A stretch of 64,000 nucleotides of DNA from an uncultured Ignavibacteria bacterium (GTDB taxonomy: Bacteria > Zixibacteria > MSB-5A5 > WJJR01), in assembly GCA_964593585.1 (NCBI GenBank), contig CAZQIZ010000001.1, positions 64,528 through 128,527 of the forward strand, read 5' to 3'. The notes under the pieces are model-generated. The model worked only from the letters and a program-made list of their open reading frames with translations, ran no database searches and had not been told where the DNA came from. The position numbers were made by a program, and so were the translations under genes. Shown one piece after another: positions 19,201 through 28,830 of the stretch (the stretch's first letter is position 1; the number at the start of each line of letters is the position of its first letter).

Positions 19201-19384
19201 CCGACTCGATCGTCTCCGGATCGGCGCCCGGGTAGGCGGTCATCACCACGACGTAGGGAAAGTCGACATCGGGAAAGAGATCAACCGGGATGCGGTTGTA
19301 GGAGAAGGCGCCCAGCACGACCAGCGCGGTGACCATCATCACCGTGAAGACCGGCCGTTTGATCGCGGTGTCGGAGAGTTTCAT
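16283..19384 (-). CDS. Efflux RND transporter permease subunit (AcrB/CzcA superfamily).
   Basis: 1033 aa with 12 TM helices and two large periplasmic loops. Conserved 'LVQVADGIQ' and 'ALAIPTSIIATFMMM' blocks. Confidence 0.9.
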   Translation of the reverse strand: MKLSDTAIKRPVFTVMMVTALVVLGAFSYNRIPVDLFPDVDFPYVVVMTAYPGADPETIESEVTKLIEDEINTISGLKHITSTSQDGLSMIIAEFELGEKPSDKALEVREKISTITSELPDDAEDPIIQRFDPDAMPIMSLVVSGDRPLKEITTFSKDVIKKRLEGVPGVGAVQLAGGEEREIQIALDRARLEAFRLPVHEIAAAIAQANVEIPVGRLDRGESEITVRALGRLIDWRDFAAIVVAHRDGKPVRLSDIATVSDGIAEQRSYARYNGAEAVSLNVVRQSGANTVQVADGIQARLVELRRELPPDIEIVVATDNSIFIRDSVEDVIVNILYGGLLAVLVIFIFLADWRTTLISALAIPTSIIATFMMMDLLNFTINFMSLLGLSIATGLLLDDAIVVIENIHRHFHRGGNSHTAAAEGTGEIGLAVMATTFTIVAVFVPVAFMGGIVGRFFYQFGMTVAVSVLVSLFVAFTLTPMLFSRLVTRSEEEQTVRSRRGLYALLARFNAAFEWVKGLYRRTLAWALRHRLATMTIAGIGFVGSFFLLPFIGTEFLPMSDRGQIYIAFEAAPGTTLRQTVELTARLEERLRETPEVEGIFTTIGAQQQGVNEGMVTVILTPHDRRDRHVFVLQSEMRERLADFPGLYLGLALEAGSMEQQPIGISVQGEDLRVLRMLAAAVEDSAKATPGAREIRNSLSGARPETQIVVDRERASELGLSMAAIASDLRTLVDGSDVTTFKEGTEEYNVRLRLAPSDRGDPWSLANLMIGSTRDIPAHPNFMVPLKEVAHLQPRGGPAEIRRYDRRREVLVSGNIASGAFAGDVRAAVMAKARQVPTPPGYSIRATGEAEIQEESFAEIFTALVLAVIFIYLVLASQYESFTDPFTIMLSLPMSLVGAFVGLFLFGSALSIMSLIGMVLLMGLVTKNAILLIDFVKQARSRGETREAAILEAGPIRLRPIIMTTLTTIMGILPIALGIGPGAEFRAPMGRAVIGGLISSTMLTLIVVPVVYTLLDDVVHWRSRRRARAKSA

Positions 19385-20421
19385 CGCACGGCCGTCTGCG
19401 GCACCGGATTGACCGGGCTTTGATCCTGCAGGGAATGTTGACCGAGCACGACCACCGTCTCACCCGGCGTCAGCCCGGTGACGATCTGCACCAGCGTGCC
19501 CGATTCGGCGCCGACAGTGACCGGTATGTAATGCGCCAGGGAATCGCGCACGACAAAGGCGCCCAGCCCGGATTCGCGGTAGACCAGGGCCTCGCGCGGC
19601 GCCGCCACCGCGTCGGCGATGCGCTCCAACTCCAGGCCCGCGGTGATGAACATGCCGGGCAGGAGGCGGTGCTCCAGGTTCGGCGCCAGCGCTTCGACCC
19701 GCAACATGCGCGTCTCCGGGTCGGCCGACGAGGCGATCTGGTCGACCCAGCCGGCCGCGTGCGCGGCGCTGTCCAGCTGCGACAAAATCTGCACCGGCAT
19801 GCCTTTCCTCAGCGCGCGGGCCTCGTAGACAGTGACGTCAATTAATACACGCACCGTGTCGATGGCGGCAATCTCAACCAAGGCCTCGCCCGGCGTTGTC
19901 TGACGCCCGGTCTTGGCGGTCACATCGGTGACGATCCCGGTCAGAGGCGCCAGGACATTGGCGGCATCACGCGCCGCCTCGAAATCGGCCTTGGCAACCT
20001 CGAAGGCGGTCCGACGCGCATCGCGCTCCAACTCACTCACCGCGCCGTCGGCGAACAGACGATCGTACTTCTCAAATGTCTTCTTGGCATCCTCGTACAC
20101 CGCCTGCGCCTGACGCACCGACGTCGCCGGCCCGGACTGGTCGAACGTCACCACCACCTGCCTGGCGTGTACCGCGTCGCCCTTGCGCACATGCACCCGC
20201 GCGATCGTCTCGGCCAGTCGCGCGCTGACCGTTGCCTGACGAATCCCCTCCACCGAGCCGGAATAGGATAGCGTGCGGGTGATGTCCTGACGGACCACCG
20301 GGGCGGTGACCACCGGAATACGGGCCACGTTGTTCTGTGTCTGCTGGCCCGATTGGCATCCGGCCAAAGTCAGGGTCAGGGCCGCCAGCATCGCCGTGGA
20401 AGTCACCTGTTGAACATGCAT
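19381..20421 (-). CDS. Efflux RND periplasmic adaptor (membrane fusion protein).
   Basis: Lipoprotein-like N-terminus 'LTLAGCQSG'. HlyD/biotinyl-lipoyl-like fold. Stop/start overlap with the RND gene. Confidence 0.85.
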   Translation of the reverse strand: MHVQQVTSTAMLAALTLTLAGCQSGQQTQNNVARIPVVTAPVVRQDITRTLSYSGSVEGIRQATVSARLAETIARVHVRKGDAVHARQVVVTFDQSGPATSVRQAQAVYEDAKKTFEKYDRLFADGAVSELERDARRTAFEVAKADFEAARDAANVLAPLTGIVTDVTAKTGRQTTPGEALVEIAAIDTVRVLIDVTVYEARALRKGMPVQILSQLDSAAHAAGWVDQIASSADPETRMLRVEALAPNLEHRLLPGMFITAGLELERIADAVAAPREALVYRESGLGAFVVRDSLAHYIPVTVGAESGTLVQIVTGLTPGETVVVLGQHSLQDQSPVNPVPQTAVR

Positions 20422-20448
20422 CGTCAGACTCCTTGATCCTGTCCCGAG

Positions 20449-21804
20449 TTACTCACTCGCGCGGGCAAACACCGGCTCGCCCATGGCCAGCCGCCACTGC
20501 ACCCGCGCCACCCGGCGGTCATGACGGGCGCGGGCGGCGAAGACGCGCGCGGTGGCCAGCGCCACCTGCGCATCGAGCACTTCCAACTGCGTTCCGACCC
20601 CGGACTCATAGCGCAAATTGGCGATCTGCAGCCCGCGTTCGGCCTCGGCCACCGATTCCCCCTGCGCCTGCAGACGGGCGCCGGCCTCATCGAAGCGGCT
20701 GCGCGCATCGGCAATCTGCAGGGCCACCGCGCGGTCCAGTTCGCTTTGACGCAACTCGGCTTCGCGTTGATCGACCCGCAACACCTGGATGTTGCCCCGG
20801 CGACGGAAGCCATCGAACAAATTGTACGAGGCCGACAACCCTACCTGCCATGAACGGAAGTAATCGTCGCGCGCCGGCCAACTGTCGTCGGTCAATGCCT
20901 GATAGTCGAATGTTCCCTTTAGATGCAGCGACGGCCAGCGTTCGGCTTTGAGCACGCCTACCGCCTTGTCGATGGCTGAAATCCGGTGTGTCATCGCCGC
21001 CAGATCGGAGCGCTGACGGCGCGCCACCGTCACCAGGTCGCTGCCGTCATACTCCCAGGCGGCTGAGTCGGGTTCGGCGTCGCGAATGCCCAGCTCCAGA
21101 TCGGGCGGGAGCCCGACCAGATTGGCCAGACGCAGCAGCGCCAGACGCAAATCGTTTTCCGCCTGGAGGACCGGTGGTCGGGCGTTGGCCACACGCACCC
21201 GTGCGCTGAGGTTGTCGTATTCCGAGACCAACCCGTCGGCAAACTTGCGCGCTACCACCGCGGCGTGTTCTTCGGTCAAAGCCAATGTCTGACGCGACAC
21301 ATCGGCCAGTTGCGCCGCCAGAAGGGCGTCGAAGTAGGCGGTGGCGACTTGGGCTTCCAGTTCGAGGCGCGCCTGTTGCGCCAGATGTTCGTTCATGCGC
21401 CGATACTGCTGCGCCGCCTGCCAGGCCGACAAGACACCGCCTCCTTCAAACAACGTCTGGTCAAAGGTCAGCCCGCCGACCACCGTGTACTTTGTGCCGA
21501 TGGTGAATTCCTGTCCGGCGAAGAAGATCTTGGGCAGTTCGAGCGTACGGTTGTAGTTGGCGTGCAGGTCGATGGTGGGGAAGAGGCCGGCGCGGGCGCT
21601 GACAATCTGCCCTTCGGCCCGATCCAATTGTGCCAGCACAGTCTGGTACTGCTCGTTGTGACGCACCGCCGAGTCGATGGCCGCCGCCAGCGGCAGTTCA
21701 TACGGCTGCGCATGCCCGCGGGCGGCCGATAAGGCGACCAGCGCAACGAAAAAAACGGCGGAGACCCGCCGACCAGATGCGCGCGGACGGACCGATTCAA
21801 ACAT
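20449..21804 (-). CDS. TolC-family outer-membrane efflux protein (partner of the RND pump).
   Basis: Signal peptide 'MFESVRPRASGRRVSAVFFVALVALSAARGHAQ'. Two OEP repeats with coiled-coil segments. Start placed at the ATG at 21804 rather than the 22110 extension. Confidence 0.8.
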   Translation of the reverse strand: MFESVRPRASGRRVSAVFFVALVALSAARGHAQPYELPLAAAIDSAVRHNEQYQTVLAQLDRAEGQIVSARAGLFPTIDLHANYNRTLELPKIFFAGQEFTIGTKYTVVGGLTFDQTLFEGGGVLSAWQAAQQYRRMNEHLAQQARLELEAQVATAYFDALLAAQLADVSRQTLALTEEHAAVVARKFADGLVSEYDNLSARVRVANARPPVLQAENDLRLALLRLANLVGLPPDLELGIRDAEPDSAAWEYDGSDLVTVARRQRSDLAAMTHRISAIDKAVGVLKAERWPSLHLKGTFDYQALTDDSWPARDDYFRSWQVGLSASYNLFDGFRRRGNIQVLRVDQREAELRQSELDRAVALQIADARSRFDEAGARLQAQGESVAEAERGLQIANLRYESGVGTQLEVLDAQVALATARVFAARARHDRRVARVQWRLAMGEPVFARASE

Positions 21805-21925
21805 CGGACTATAGTACTCCACATCCGGTCCGGTTGGGTGTCGATTTCCCACCCGCGCGCGGTGTTTTTGACAGGCGGGAAGGCCCGCCGCAAACCGTGA
21901 CAAATCCCCCGCCGCAGTCATACAT

Positions 21926-22780
21926 TTGGGCATGGCCGGCGCCATCGACATCCACATCCACGTCTCGCCCTTTGAGCAGATGCATCCGCCGATTCTGGCA
22001 ACGATGAAGCAGGGGAGAGATTTCGCGCTAATCGAACGGGTCACGCGCGATCCCGGCGCGCTGTTGGCGCTGATGGACGAGGCGGGCATCGAGCGGTGCG
22101 GGATCATCAACTATGTCGCGCCGGAGTTGATGGGATTCACCGACGAAGTCAATCGCTTCGCCGCGGCGTATGTGAAGGGCCATCGCGACCGGCTCTTCGC
22201 CCATGGTTCACTCGATCCGCACACAACGCGCGATCCCCGCGGCGAACTGGCCCGGCTGATGGATGAGGGCATCACCGCGATCAAGATTCACCCGCCGCAT
22301 CAGGCGGTATACCCGAACGAATATCTGCGCGGCAACCGCATCTTGGCCGACCTGTATGGCTTCTGCGCCGAACGGGGCGTGCCGGTTGTCTTTCACACCG
22401 GCACCACGATCTTCAAAGCGGCGCGCATCAAGTATGGCGATCCGATCCATCTCGATGACGTCGCCTGCGATTTTCCCGAGTTGACGATCGTGCTGGCCCA
22501 CGCCGGACGTCCCCTCTGGATGGAAACCGCGCGTTTCCTGGTCAAACGCCATCCGAATGTGTACATGGACCTCTCCGGCATTCCGCCCGTCCGGATTCCG
22601 CAATGGTTTCCCGATCTCGACAAACTGGCCACCAAGACCCTCTGGGGCAGCGACTGGCCCGGCCCCGGAGTGCCCGATCTGGGCGCCAACTTGCTGGCAT
22701 TCCGAGCTCAGAATTGGGCGGAAACCAGCCACGAGGCGATCGGCCGAAGCAATGCGCCGAAAGTTTTTCGTCTGGCGTAA
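21926..22780 (+). CDS. Amidohydrolase-2 family metal-dependent TIM-barrel hydrolase.
   Basis: 'AIDIHIHVSP' HxH metal-binding start and a conserved 'HAGRP' motif. Confidence 0.7.
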   Translation: MGMAGAIDIHIHVSPFEQMHPPILATMKQGRDFALIERVTRDPGALLALMDEAGIERCGIINYVAPELMGFTDEVNRFAAAYVKGHRDRLFAHGSLDPHTTRDPRGELARLMDEGITAIKIHPPHQAVYPNEYLRGNRILADLYGFCAERGVPVVFHTGTTIFKAARIKYGDPIHLDDVACDFPELTIVLAHAGRPLWMETARFLVKRHPNVYMDLSGIPPVRIPQWFPDLDKLATKTLWGSDWPGPGVPDLGANLLAFRAQNWAETSHEAIGRSNAPKVFRLA

Positions 22781-22809
22781 CCCACTTGCCGAAAAGGCAA
22801 TAGGTCAAA

Positions 22810-22827
22810 TTGGACCTATTGGTCCCA
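22810..22827. promoter_or_regulatory. Palindromic operator-like site TTGGACC-TATT-GGTCCCA upstream of the TetR gene (candidate TetR operator).
   Basis: Inverted arms in the intergenic region 22781..22882. Near-identical architecture to the site at 9581..9598. Confidence 0.45.
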
Positions 22828-22882
22828 TTCTTTTGCTCCTCGCCGCAAACAAATCGCGCCCTCGGTCGTATAATTCATACGT

Positions 22883-23500
22883 ATGAGTGAATCGCGCGAC
22901 ACGCGTTCTGCCCTGATTGCCTCCGCTCGCAAGGTCTTCGCGCGGCGCGGCTACCGCGGCGCCTCCATTAAAGCCATCACCGATGACGCCCACGCCAACC
23001 TCGGCGCGGTCACCTACCACTTTGGCACCAAGGAACGTCTCTACCATGAAGTCATCCGACAACTGGTCGGACCGCTGCATCAACATGTACGCGCCGCCAC
23101 GGAAGCCGACGGCACCGCGCTCTCGCGCATCGAGGCCGGCGTCCGCGCCTACTTCCAGTACATGCACACGCACCACGAACTGCCGGCGATGATGCTGCAT
23201 GAGATGTCGCTGACCGGACCGCTCCCCGCGCCGATTCAGGAATCGATCGGCGCGATGATGAAGCACATGTCCGGGCTGGTCGTGCGCGGCCAGGCCGACG
23301 GGGAGATAGTCGAAGGCGATCCGGTGCTGCTGACCGTCAGTTCCATATCACAGCCTTTGTTCTTTGTCATCATGCGCCGGGGCCTGAAGGAAATCGCCGG
23401 GGTCAACATGCACGACCGCGCGACCCAGGAACGGGTGCTGGTTCACCTCTTGGCCTTTGTGCGGCGCGGACTGATGCGCCCGGGGAGTTCGACCCAATGA
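22883..23500 (+). CDS. TetR/AcrR-family transcriptional regulator.
   Basis: HTH 'SARKVFARRGYRGASIKAITDDAHANLGAVTYHFGTKERLY'. Stop overlaps the TolC start. Confidence 0.85.
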   Translation: MSESRDTRSALIASARKVFARRGYRGASIKAITDDAHANLGAVTYHFGTKERLYHEVIRQLVGPLHQHVRAATEADGTALSRIEAGVRAYFQYMHTHHELPAMMLHEMSLTGPLPAPIQESIGAMMKHMSGLVVRGQADGEIVEGDPVLLTVSSISQPLFFVIMRRGLKEIAGVNMHDRATQERVLVHLLAFVRRGLMRPGSSTQ

Positions 23501-24843
23501 CAAACCGACGATTGTGGGCTGTTGCGCATTTGCTGACGCTTCTGGCCCTGGCGATGTACGGGGCACCGGCGGCCGCCGCGTCCCTGCGGCTCTCCGAAGC
23601 GGTCCGTCTGGCGCTGGCGCAACATCCCAGCGTGCGGCAGGCGGAGGCGCAGCTGGCGCAGGCGGAGTCGCGGCTGCGTCAGGCACGCGCCGCCTGGTTC
23701 CCGACACTGCGTCTGGCCGGCTCCCTCTATCAATATGAAGAACCCATGGCGGCCTGGCCGATTCATGGCTTCGACCTGACACGCATCCCGCCCTTCGATG
23801 AGACGCTGATGCAGGGCGGATTGCAGATCGATTACACGCTCTTCGATGGCGGCGCGCGCGAAGCAAGGGTGCGTCAGGCGGGTCGTCTGCGCGACGCCGG
23901 CCAGGCCGCCTTCACCAACGCCGAGCAGCGTCTCATCGCCCGTGTCGTGGCCGCCTATCTGTCGGTGCGCGCCGATGAGGAACTACTCGCCGCGCATCGG
24001 CAGCGACGCGCCGCGGTCGATGCCGAGCGAGATCGCGTCGCGCAGCTCCGCGCCGTCGGACGCGCCGCCGATGTCGATGTGGCGCGCGCCGAGGCGGCGC
24101 TCGCCGGTGCCGACGCCGATTGGGCACAGGCGCAGGCGGCGCTCGAGGTCGCCCGCCGCGATCTGGCCCGTCTGATCGGCGCATCCGCCGACACCCTGAC
24201 GGTCATGCCGGTTGCCGAACCCGCGGCGGCGAAGTCATTGGATTCCATCGGCGCGCTCTCTGAACAAGTCCTCGCACAGAGCGCCGAAGTCGAAAGCGCA
24301 CGCTTGCGGCTGGTGGCAGCCGAAGCCGGACGGTCGGCGGCGCGTGGCGCGCGCTGGCCCTCGGTCAACCTGCGCGGCGCCTGGTCCGATCTGCGCGACG
24401 CCAACGGGCATCGCACCGATGAATGGAACGCCGCCGTGCTGGTCGGGTTGCCGCTGTTCACCGGCGGCGCCGTCGGCGGCGCGATCGCCGAGGCCGACGC
24501 CGGTCGCAACGCTGCCGCCGAGGATTGGCGGCTGGCGCAGGAGCGCGCCGCGGCGCAGTTGGACCAGACCTTGGCGCTTCGTCAGGAGTCGAGGGCCCGT
24601 ATCGCCAGTCTCGAACGCGCCGTGGCCAGTCTCGAGGAAGTCGCCCGCATCGAGCAGTTGCGTCTGTCCACCGGTTCCGACACGCAGGCCGAATATCTGC
24701 GCGCCGAAGCCGATTTGCTTGCCGCACGCGCCGGATTGATCAATGCGCGCCATGCCGCCGTGCAGGCCGATGTCGAACTGGCGCGGCTGCTCGGCGAACT
24801 CGATATGGCCTGGGTCGAACACAACTTGGAGTCCAACCGATGA
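23497..24843 (+). CDS. TolC-family outer-membrane efflux protein.
   Basis: Signal peptide, then two OEP repeats rich in coiled-coil Ala/Arg/Glu. Confidence 0.8.
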   Translation: MTNRRLWAVAHLLTLLALAMYGAPAAAASLRLSEAVRLALAQHPSVRQAEAQLAQAESRLRQARAAWFPTLRLAGSLYQYEEPMAAWPIHGFDLTRIPPFDETLMQGGLQIDYTLFDGGAREARVRQAGRLRDAGQAAFTNAEQRLIARVVAAYLSVRADEELLAAHRQRRAAVDAERDRVAQLRAVGRAADVDVARAEAALAGADADWAQAQAALEVARRDLARLIGASADTLTVMPVAEPAAAKSLDSIGALSEQVLAQSAEVESARLRLVAAEAGRSAARGARWPSVNLRGAWSDLRDANGHRTDEWNAAVLVGLPLFTGGAVGGAIAEADAGRNAAAEDWRLAQERAAAQLDQTLALRQESRARIASLERAVASLEEVARIEQLRLSTGSDTQAEYLRAEADLLAARAGLINARHAAVQADVELARLLGELDMAWVEHNLESNR

Positions 24844-25835
24844 AGCCACCCAAACCCGTCATCATCGTCGCCGTGCTGGCGGCGGCGGCCGCCCTCGTCT
24901 GGTTTCTATTCCTCGCCGGCGATGGCTCGGATCGCACATTGATCATCTCCGGAACCATCGAGGCCACCGAGGCGCGCCTGGGCTTCCAATCGGCCGGACG
25001 CATCGACAGCATCTTTATGCGCGAGGGGGACTCGGTGTACTCCGGCGCAATCCTGGCGGTGCTGGACCGCGTCGAGGCGCTGGCACGGCGTGATCAGGCC
25101 ACCGCCCAGGTGGCCGCGGCGCGGGCGCTGCTGGCCGAGCTGGAGAGTGGATTTCGCCCCGAAGAAGTGGCGCAGGCACGCGCCGCTGCGCAGGGTGCCG
25201 AACAGCAATTCCGCGATGCCGAGCGCGATTTGGCCCGGACACGGACCCTGTTTGAGGGCGGCGCGGTCAGCCAGGAGGCGCTGGACAAGGCGCAGACTCG
25301 CAACGACGTTACCGAAAATCAATGGAAGCAGGCCGCCGAACAGTTGCGGCTTTTGGAACGCGGCCCGCGCGCCGAACGCATCGAGGCGCAGCGCGCGCAA
25401 GTGACGCAGGCCGAGGCGGCGTTGCGGGGGATCGACGCCACGCTCGATCTGATGACAATACGCGCCGCATTCCCCGGCATCGTCACCACCCGCCACCGCG
25501 AACCGGGCGAGATCGTCGCCCCCGGCGCGCCGGTGTTGACCATCATCAACCGCGATGACCGCTGGATCCGTGTCTATGTGCCGGAGAACCGTCTCGGCGC
25601 CCTGCGGCTGGGACAGAGCGCGGCGATCACCACCGACACATATCCCGGCAAGGAGTACCGCGGCGAGGTGACCTACATCGCCCCGGAGGCCGAATTCACA
25701 CCCAAGACGGTGCAGACCACCGAAGAACGGGTGAAGTTGGTGTACGCGGTCAAGGTGCGTGTGCTCGATGACCCTGGCTATGAACTGAAGCCCGGCATGC
25801 CCGCCGATGTCCAGATCGCGTTTGCCCAGCCATGA
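24840..25835 (+). CDS. HlyD-family secretion / membrane fusion protein.
   Basis: 'MKPPKPVIIVAVLAAAAALVWFL' single TM helix. Coiled-coil and beta-barrel regions. ATGA coupling with tolC. Confidence 0.8.
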   Translation: MKPPKPVIIVAVLAAAAALVWFLFLAGDGSDRTLIISGTIEATEARLGFQSAGRIDSIFMREGDSVYSGAILAVLDRVEALARRDQATAQVAAARALLAELESGFRPEEVAQARAAAQGAEQQFRDAERDLARTRTLFEGGAVSQEALDKAQTRNDVTENQWKQAAEQLRLLERGPRAERIEAQRAQVTQAEAALRGIDATLDLMTIRAAFPGIVTTRHREPGEIVAPGAPVLTIINRDDRWIRVYVPENRLGALRLGQSAAITTDTYPGKEYRGEVTYIAPEAEFTPKTVQTTEERVKLVYAVKVRVLDDPGYELKPGMPADVQIAFAQP

Positions 25836-26770
25836 CGCATCCCGAATACGCCATCGAGGCCAGCGGCCTCACCCGACGTTTCGCCGCTCTGACCGCGGTC
25901 GACCATCTGTCGTTTGCGGTCCGTCGCGGCGAACTGTTCGGCTTGGTCGGGCCCGATGGCGCGGGGAAGACCACGATACTGCGCATGTTGGCCGGAGTGA
26001 TGCGTCCCAGCGAAGGCGATGCGCGCATCCTCGGCTTGAGCGTGGCGCACCAGGCCGAAGCGGTCAAGCACCACATCGCCTACATGTCGCAGCGCTTCGG
26101 ACTTTATGCCGATCTGACCGTGCTGCAAAACCTGCACTTTTACGCCGACCTCTACCAAGTGCCGGCCGCCGAGCGCGCCGCGCGTCTGGATCGGCTCTTC
26201 CGATTCTCCAACCTCGGCCCCTTCCGCGACCGTCTGGCCGGGCAACTCTCCGGCGGCATGAAGCAGAAACTGGGGCTGTCGTGCGCGCTGGTCCACCAGC
26301 CCGATGTCTTGCTTCTGGATGAGCCGACCTTCGGCGTCGATCCGGTTTCGCGCCGTGATCTCTGGCTGATCGTGCATGAAATGGTCGCCGAGGGGGTCAC
26401 GGTGGTGGTCAGCACCGCCTACATGGACGAGGCCGAGCGGTTTGACCGGGTTCTGCTGCTGCATCAGGGACGTGTCCTCGATCTCGACACTCCGACCGCG
26501 CTGCCGGCGCGTTTCGGCGGTCTGCTCTATGCCGTCCGGACCGATCGTCTGCGCGAGGCGCAGGAGGCGGCGCGGCAGGCGTCGGGAATCCTTCGCACCG
26601 CGGTTTTCGGCGATGTGCTCCATGTCACCGTCGATCCCGCCCTTGATGCCGCGGCGGTGCGTAATGTGTTCGAGCAGGCCGGCCATACGGTGACCGTGGT
26701 GGATCGCATGGAACCGTCGATGGAAGATGTCTTTATCGACCGGGTTGCCAGGGCGGAGGGCCATGACTGA
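25832..26770 (+). CDS. ABC transporter ATP-binding protein (ABC-2 type).
   Basis: Walker A 'GPDGAGKTT', signature 'LSGGMKQKLGL', Walker B 'LLLDEPTFGVD'. Confidence 0.9.
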   Translation: MTHPEYAIEASGLTRRFAALTAVDHLSFAVRRGELFGLVGPDGAGKTTILRMLAGVMRPSEGDARILGLSVAHQAEAVKHHIAYMSQRFGLYADLTVLQNLHFYADLYQVPAAERAARLDRLFRFSNLGPFRDRLAGQLSGGMKQKLGLSCALVHQPDVLLLDEPTFGVDPVSRRDLWLIVHEMVAEGVTVVVSTAYMDEAERFDRVLLLHQGRVLDLDTPTALPARFGGLLYAVRTDRLREAQEAARQASGILRTAVFGDVLHVTVDPALDAAAVRNVFEQAGHTVTVVDRMEPSMEDVFIDRVARAEGHD

Positions 26771-27701
26771 GACTGTCACCGTCGAGGAACTGTCGCGTTC
26801 CTTCGGCGCGTTTGTTGCCGTCGACCGGGTGAGTTTCACCGTGCGGCAAGGGGAGATCTTCGGATTCCTCGGCCCCAATGGCGCCGGCAAGACCACCATG
26901 ATCAAGATGCTGACCGGCCTTCTGCGGCCGTCGGCGGGGCAGGGGCGGGTTGCCGGCTTCGACATCCGCACCGAGGCCGATGAGATCAAACGCCGCATCG
27001 GGTACATGTCGCAGCTCTTCTCGCTTTACGCCGATCTGACCGTGGAGCAGAACATCGCGTTCTTTTCCGGGCTCTATGGCGTCGAGGGGGAACGGCGGCG
27101 GCAGCGCACCGATTGGGTGATCGAGATGGCCGGCCTGGGCGATCAGCGACGACGTCTCACCGGCGAGCTGCCACTGGGCTGGAAACAGCGCCTGGCCCTG
27201 GGATGCGCCGTATTGCATGAACCGCCGATCCTCTTTCTCGACGAGCCCACTTCGGGAGTCGATCCGATCTCGCGGCGCTCGTTCTGGGACCTGATCAACA
27301 CATTGGCCGCGCGGGGGACCACGGTGTTTGTCAGCACGCACTATATGGAGGAGGCCGAATACTGCCACCGTCTGGCGCTGATGAACCGCGGCCGTCTGAT
27401 CGCGCTGGACACTCCGGCGCGTCTGCGGGCCTCGATGTCCGAGCCGCTTCTGGAGATCGTCACCGATCATGGCGCCGCGGTCGTCGAGGCGATCCGCGAT
27501 CTGCCGGGCGTGATCGAGGCGGGGCTGTTCGGACGCGCCGTGCACGCGGCGGTGGAGAGCGCCGTGACGGTCCGTCCGCGGCTCGAAGCGCGGCTGCGCG
27601 AGCGCGGCCACAACTGGCGCGCCATCAACCCGGTGGCGCCGTCGCTGGAAGATGTCTTCATCGCCAAGGTGCGCCTGGCCGGAGGGGCGCCGACCGACTG
27701 A
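26763..27701 (+). CDS. ABC transporter ATP-binding protein (second ATPase).
   Basis: Walker A 'GPNGAGKTT', signature 'LPLGWKQRLAL', Walker B 'LFLDEPTSGVD'. 8-nt overlap with the upstream ATPase. Confidence 0.9.
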   Translation: MTETVTVEELSRSFGAFVAVDRVSFTVRQGEIFGFLGPNGAGKTTMIKMLTGLLRPSAGQGRVAGFDIRTEADEIKRRIGYMSQLFSLYADLTVEQNIAFFSGLYGVEGERRRQRTDWVIEMAGLGDQRRRLTGELPLGWKQRLALGCAVLHEPPILFLDEPTSGVDPISRRSFWDLINTLAARGTTVFVSTHYMEEAEYCHRLALMNRGRLIALDTPARLRASMSEPLLEIVTDHGAAVVEAIRDLPGVIEAGLFGRAVHAAVESAVTVRPRLEARLRERGHNWRAINPVAPSLEDVFIAKVRLAGGAPTD

Positions 27702-27708
27702 GCGCGCC

Positions 27709-28830
27709 ATGGGTATCAACCGCACGAGACTCTGGGCGATTGCCCGCAAGGAGGTCGCGCAACTGCGCCGCGACCGGCGCAGTCTCATCCTCGCGTTTCT
27801 GCTGCCGGTGACGCTGTTGGTTCTGTTCGGTTACGCGATCACCTGGGATGTCAACGACATCAAGACCGCCGTGGTCGATCAGGACCGTTCGCCGCAGAGC
27901 CGCGAATTGATCGATGCGCTGCGCGCTTCCGGTTACTTCACCATCACCGAGTTTCTCGAGCCCGGCCCAACGGTCGATGAGCGGCTCAACAGCGGCGCGG
28001 CGCAGTTGGTACTGGTGATTCCACCCGACTTCTCCCGCACCCTCGGCACCGGCGTCCCGGCGCAGCTGCAGGCGCTGGTCGATGGCACCGATGCCAACAC
28101 CGCCACCATCATCCTGTCGTACACCGAGGCGATGGTGGCGGGGCTGGCCGGCGAGGTGGCGTTGGAGGGACGGCTCCTCCAGCCGCCGCTGGTGGCCGAG
28201 AGCCGTGTCTGGTACAACGAGGAACTGGTCAGCCGCAACATGATCGTGCCCGGGCTGGTGGCGGTGATCATGATGATCATCGCCGCGATGCTGACCTCGC
28301 TGACCATCGCGCGCGAATGGGAGCGCGGCACGATGGAGCAACTGGTCGCGACCCCGGTCACCCGCGCCGAGGTGGTGATCGGCAAACTGCTGCCGTACCT
28401 GGCAATCGGGCTGATCGATGTGGTCGTCTGTTCGGTTCTGGGCGTCTGGCTCTTCGATGTGCCGTTCCGCGGCAGCCCGTTTTTGCTGATGATCCTGTCG
28501 TTCTTCTTCCTAAGCGGATCGCTCGGGCTGGGGATGTTCATCTCGGCGGTGGCGCACTCGCAGTTGGAAGCGACACAAATGGCGATGATCCTCACCTTCC
28601 TGCCGGCCTACCTCCTGTCGGGTTTCATGTTCGCCATCGACGTCATGCCCACGGCGCTGCGGGCGGTCACCTTCATCGTGCCGGCGCGGTATTTCCTTGT
28701 GGTGACCCGCGGCATCTTTCTCAAGGGCGTGGGCGTGGAGGTGCTGCGGGTGCAGGGGCTGCTCATGATCGCCTTCTCGATCGTTGGATTCATTCTGGCG
28801 GTGCGCATCTTCCGCAAGGAGTTGTCCTGA
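27709..28830 (+). CDS. ABC-2 family transporter permease.
   Basis: N-terminal TM, large periplasmic loop, then 5 TM helices. Typical ABC-2 membrane topology. Confidence 0.8.
   Translation: MGINRTRLWAIARKEVAQLRRDRRSLILAFLLPVTLLVLFGYAITWDVNDIKTAVVDQDRSPQSRELIDALRASGYFTITEFLEPGPTVDERLNSGAAQLVLVIPPDFSRTLGTGVPAQLQALVDGTDANTATIILSYTEAMVAGLAGEVALEGRLLQPPLVAESRVWYNEELVSRNMIVPGLVAVIMMIIAAMLTSLTIAREWERGTMEQLVATPVTRAEVVIGKLLPYLAIGLIDVVVCSVLGVWLFDVPFRGSPFLLMILSFFFLSGSLGLGMFISAVAHSQLEATQMAMILTFLPAYLLSGFMFAIDVMPTALRAVTFIVPARYFLVVTRGIFLKGVGVEVLRVQGLLMIAFSIVGFILAVRIFRKELS

Noticed and set aside
17045-19423. 792-aa plus-strand ORF antisense to the RND permease.
   Set aside because: The minus-strand frame gives a canonical 12-TM RND transporter. 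The plus-strand product is an R/G/D/H-rich sequence with no domains.
20449-22110. 553-aa version of the TolC-like gene.
   Set aside because: The N-terminal 102 aa are Cys/Met-rich junk preceding an obvious signal peptide start (MFESVRPRAS...).
24423-25835. 470-aa version of the HlyD gene starting inside tolC.
   Set aside because: Arg-rich translated overlap with the tolC frame. The ATG at 24840 overlapping the tolC stop gives the typical MFP N-terminal TM helix.
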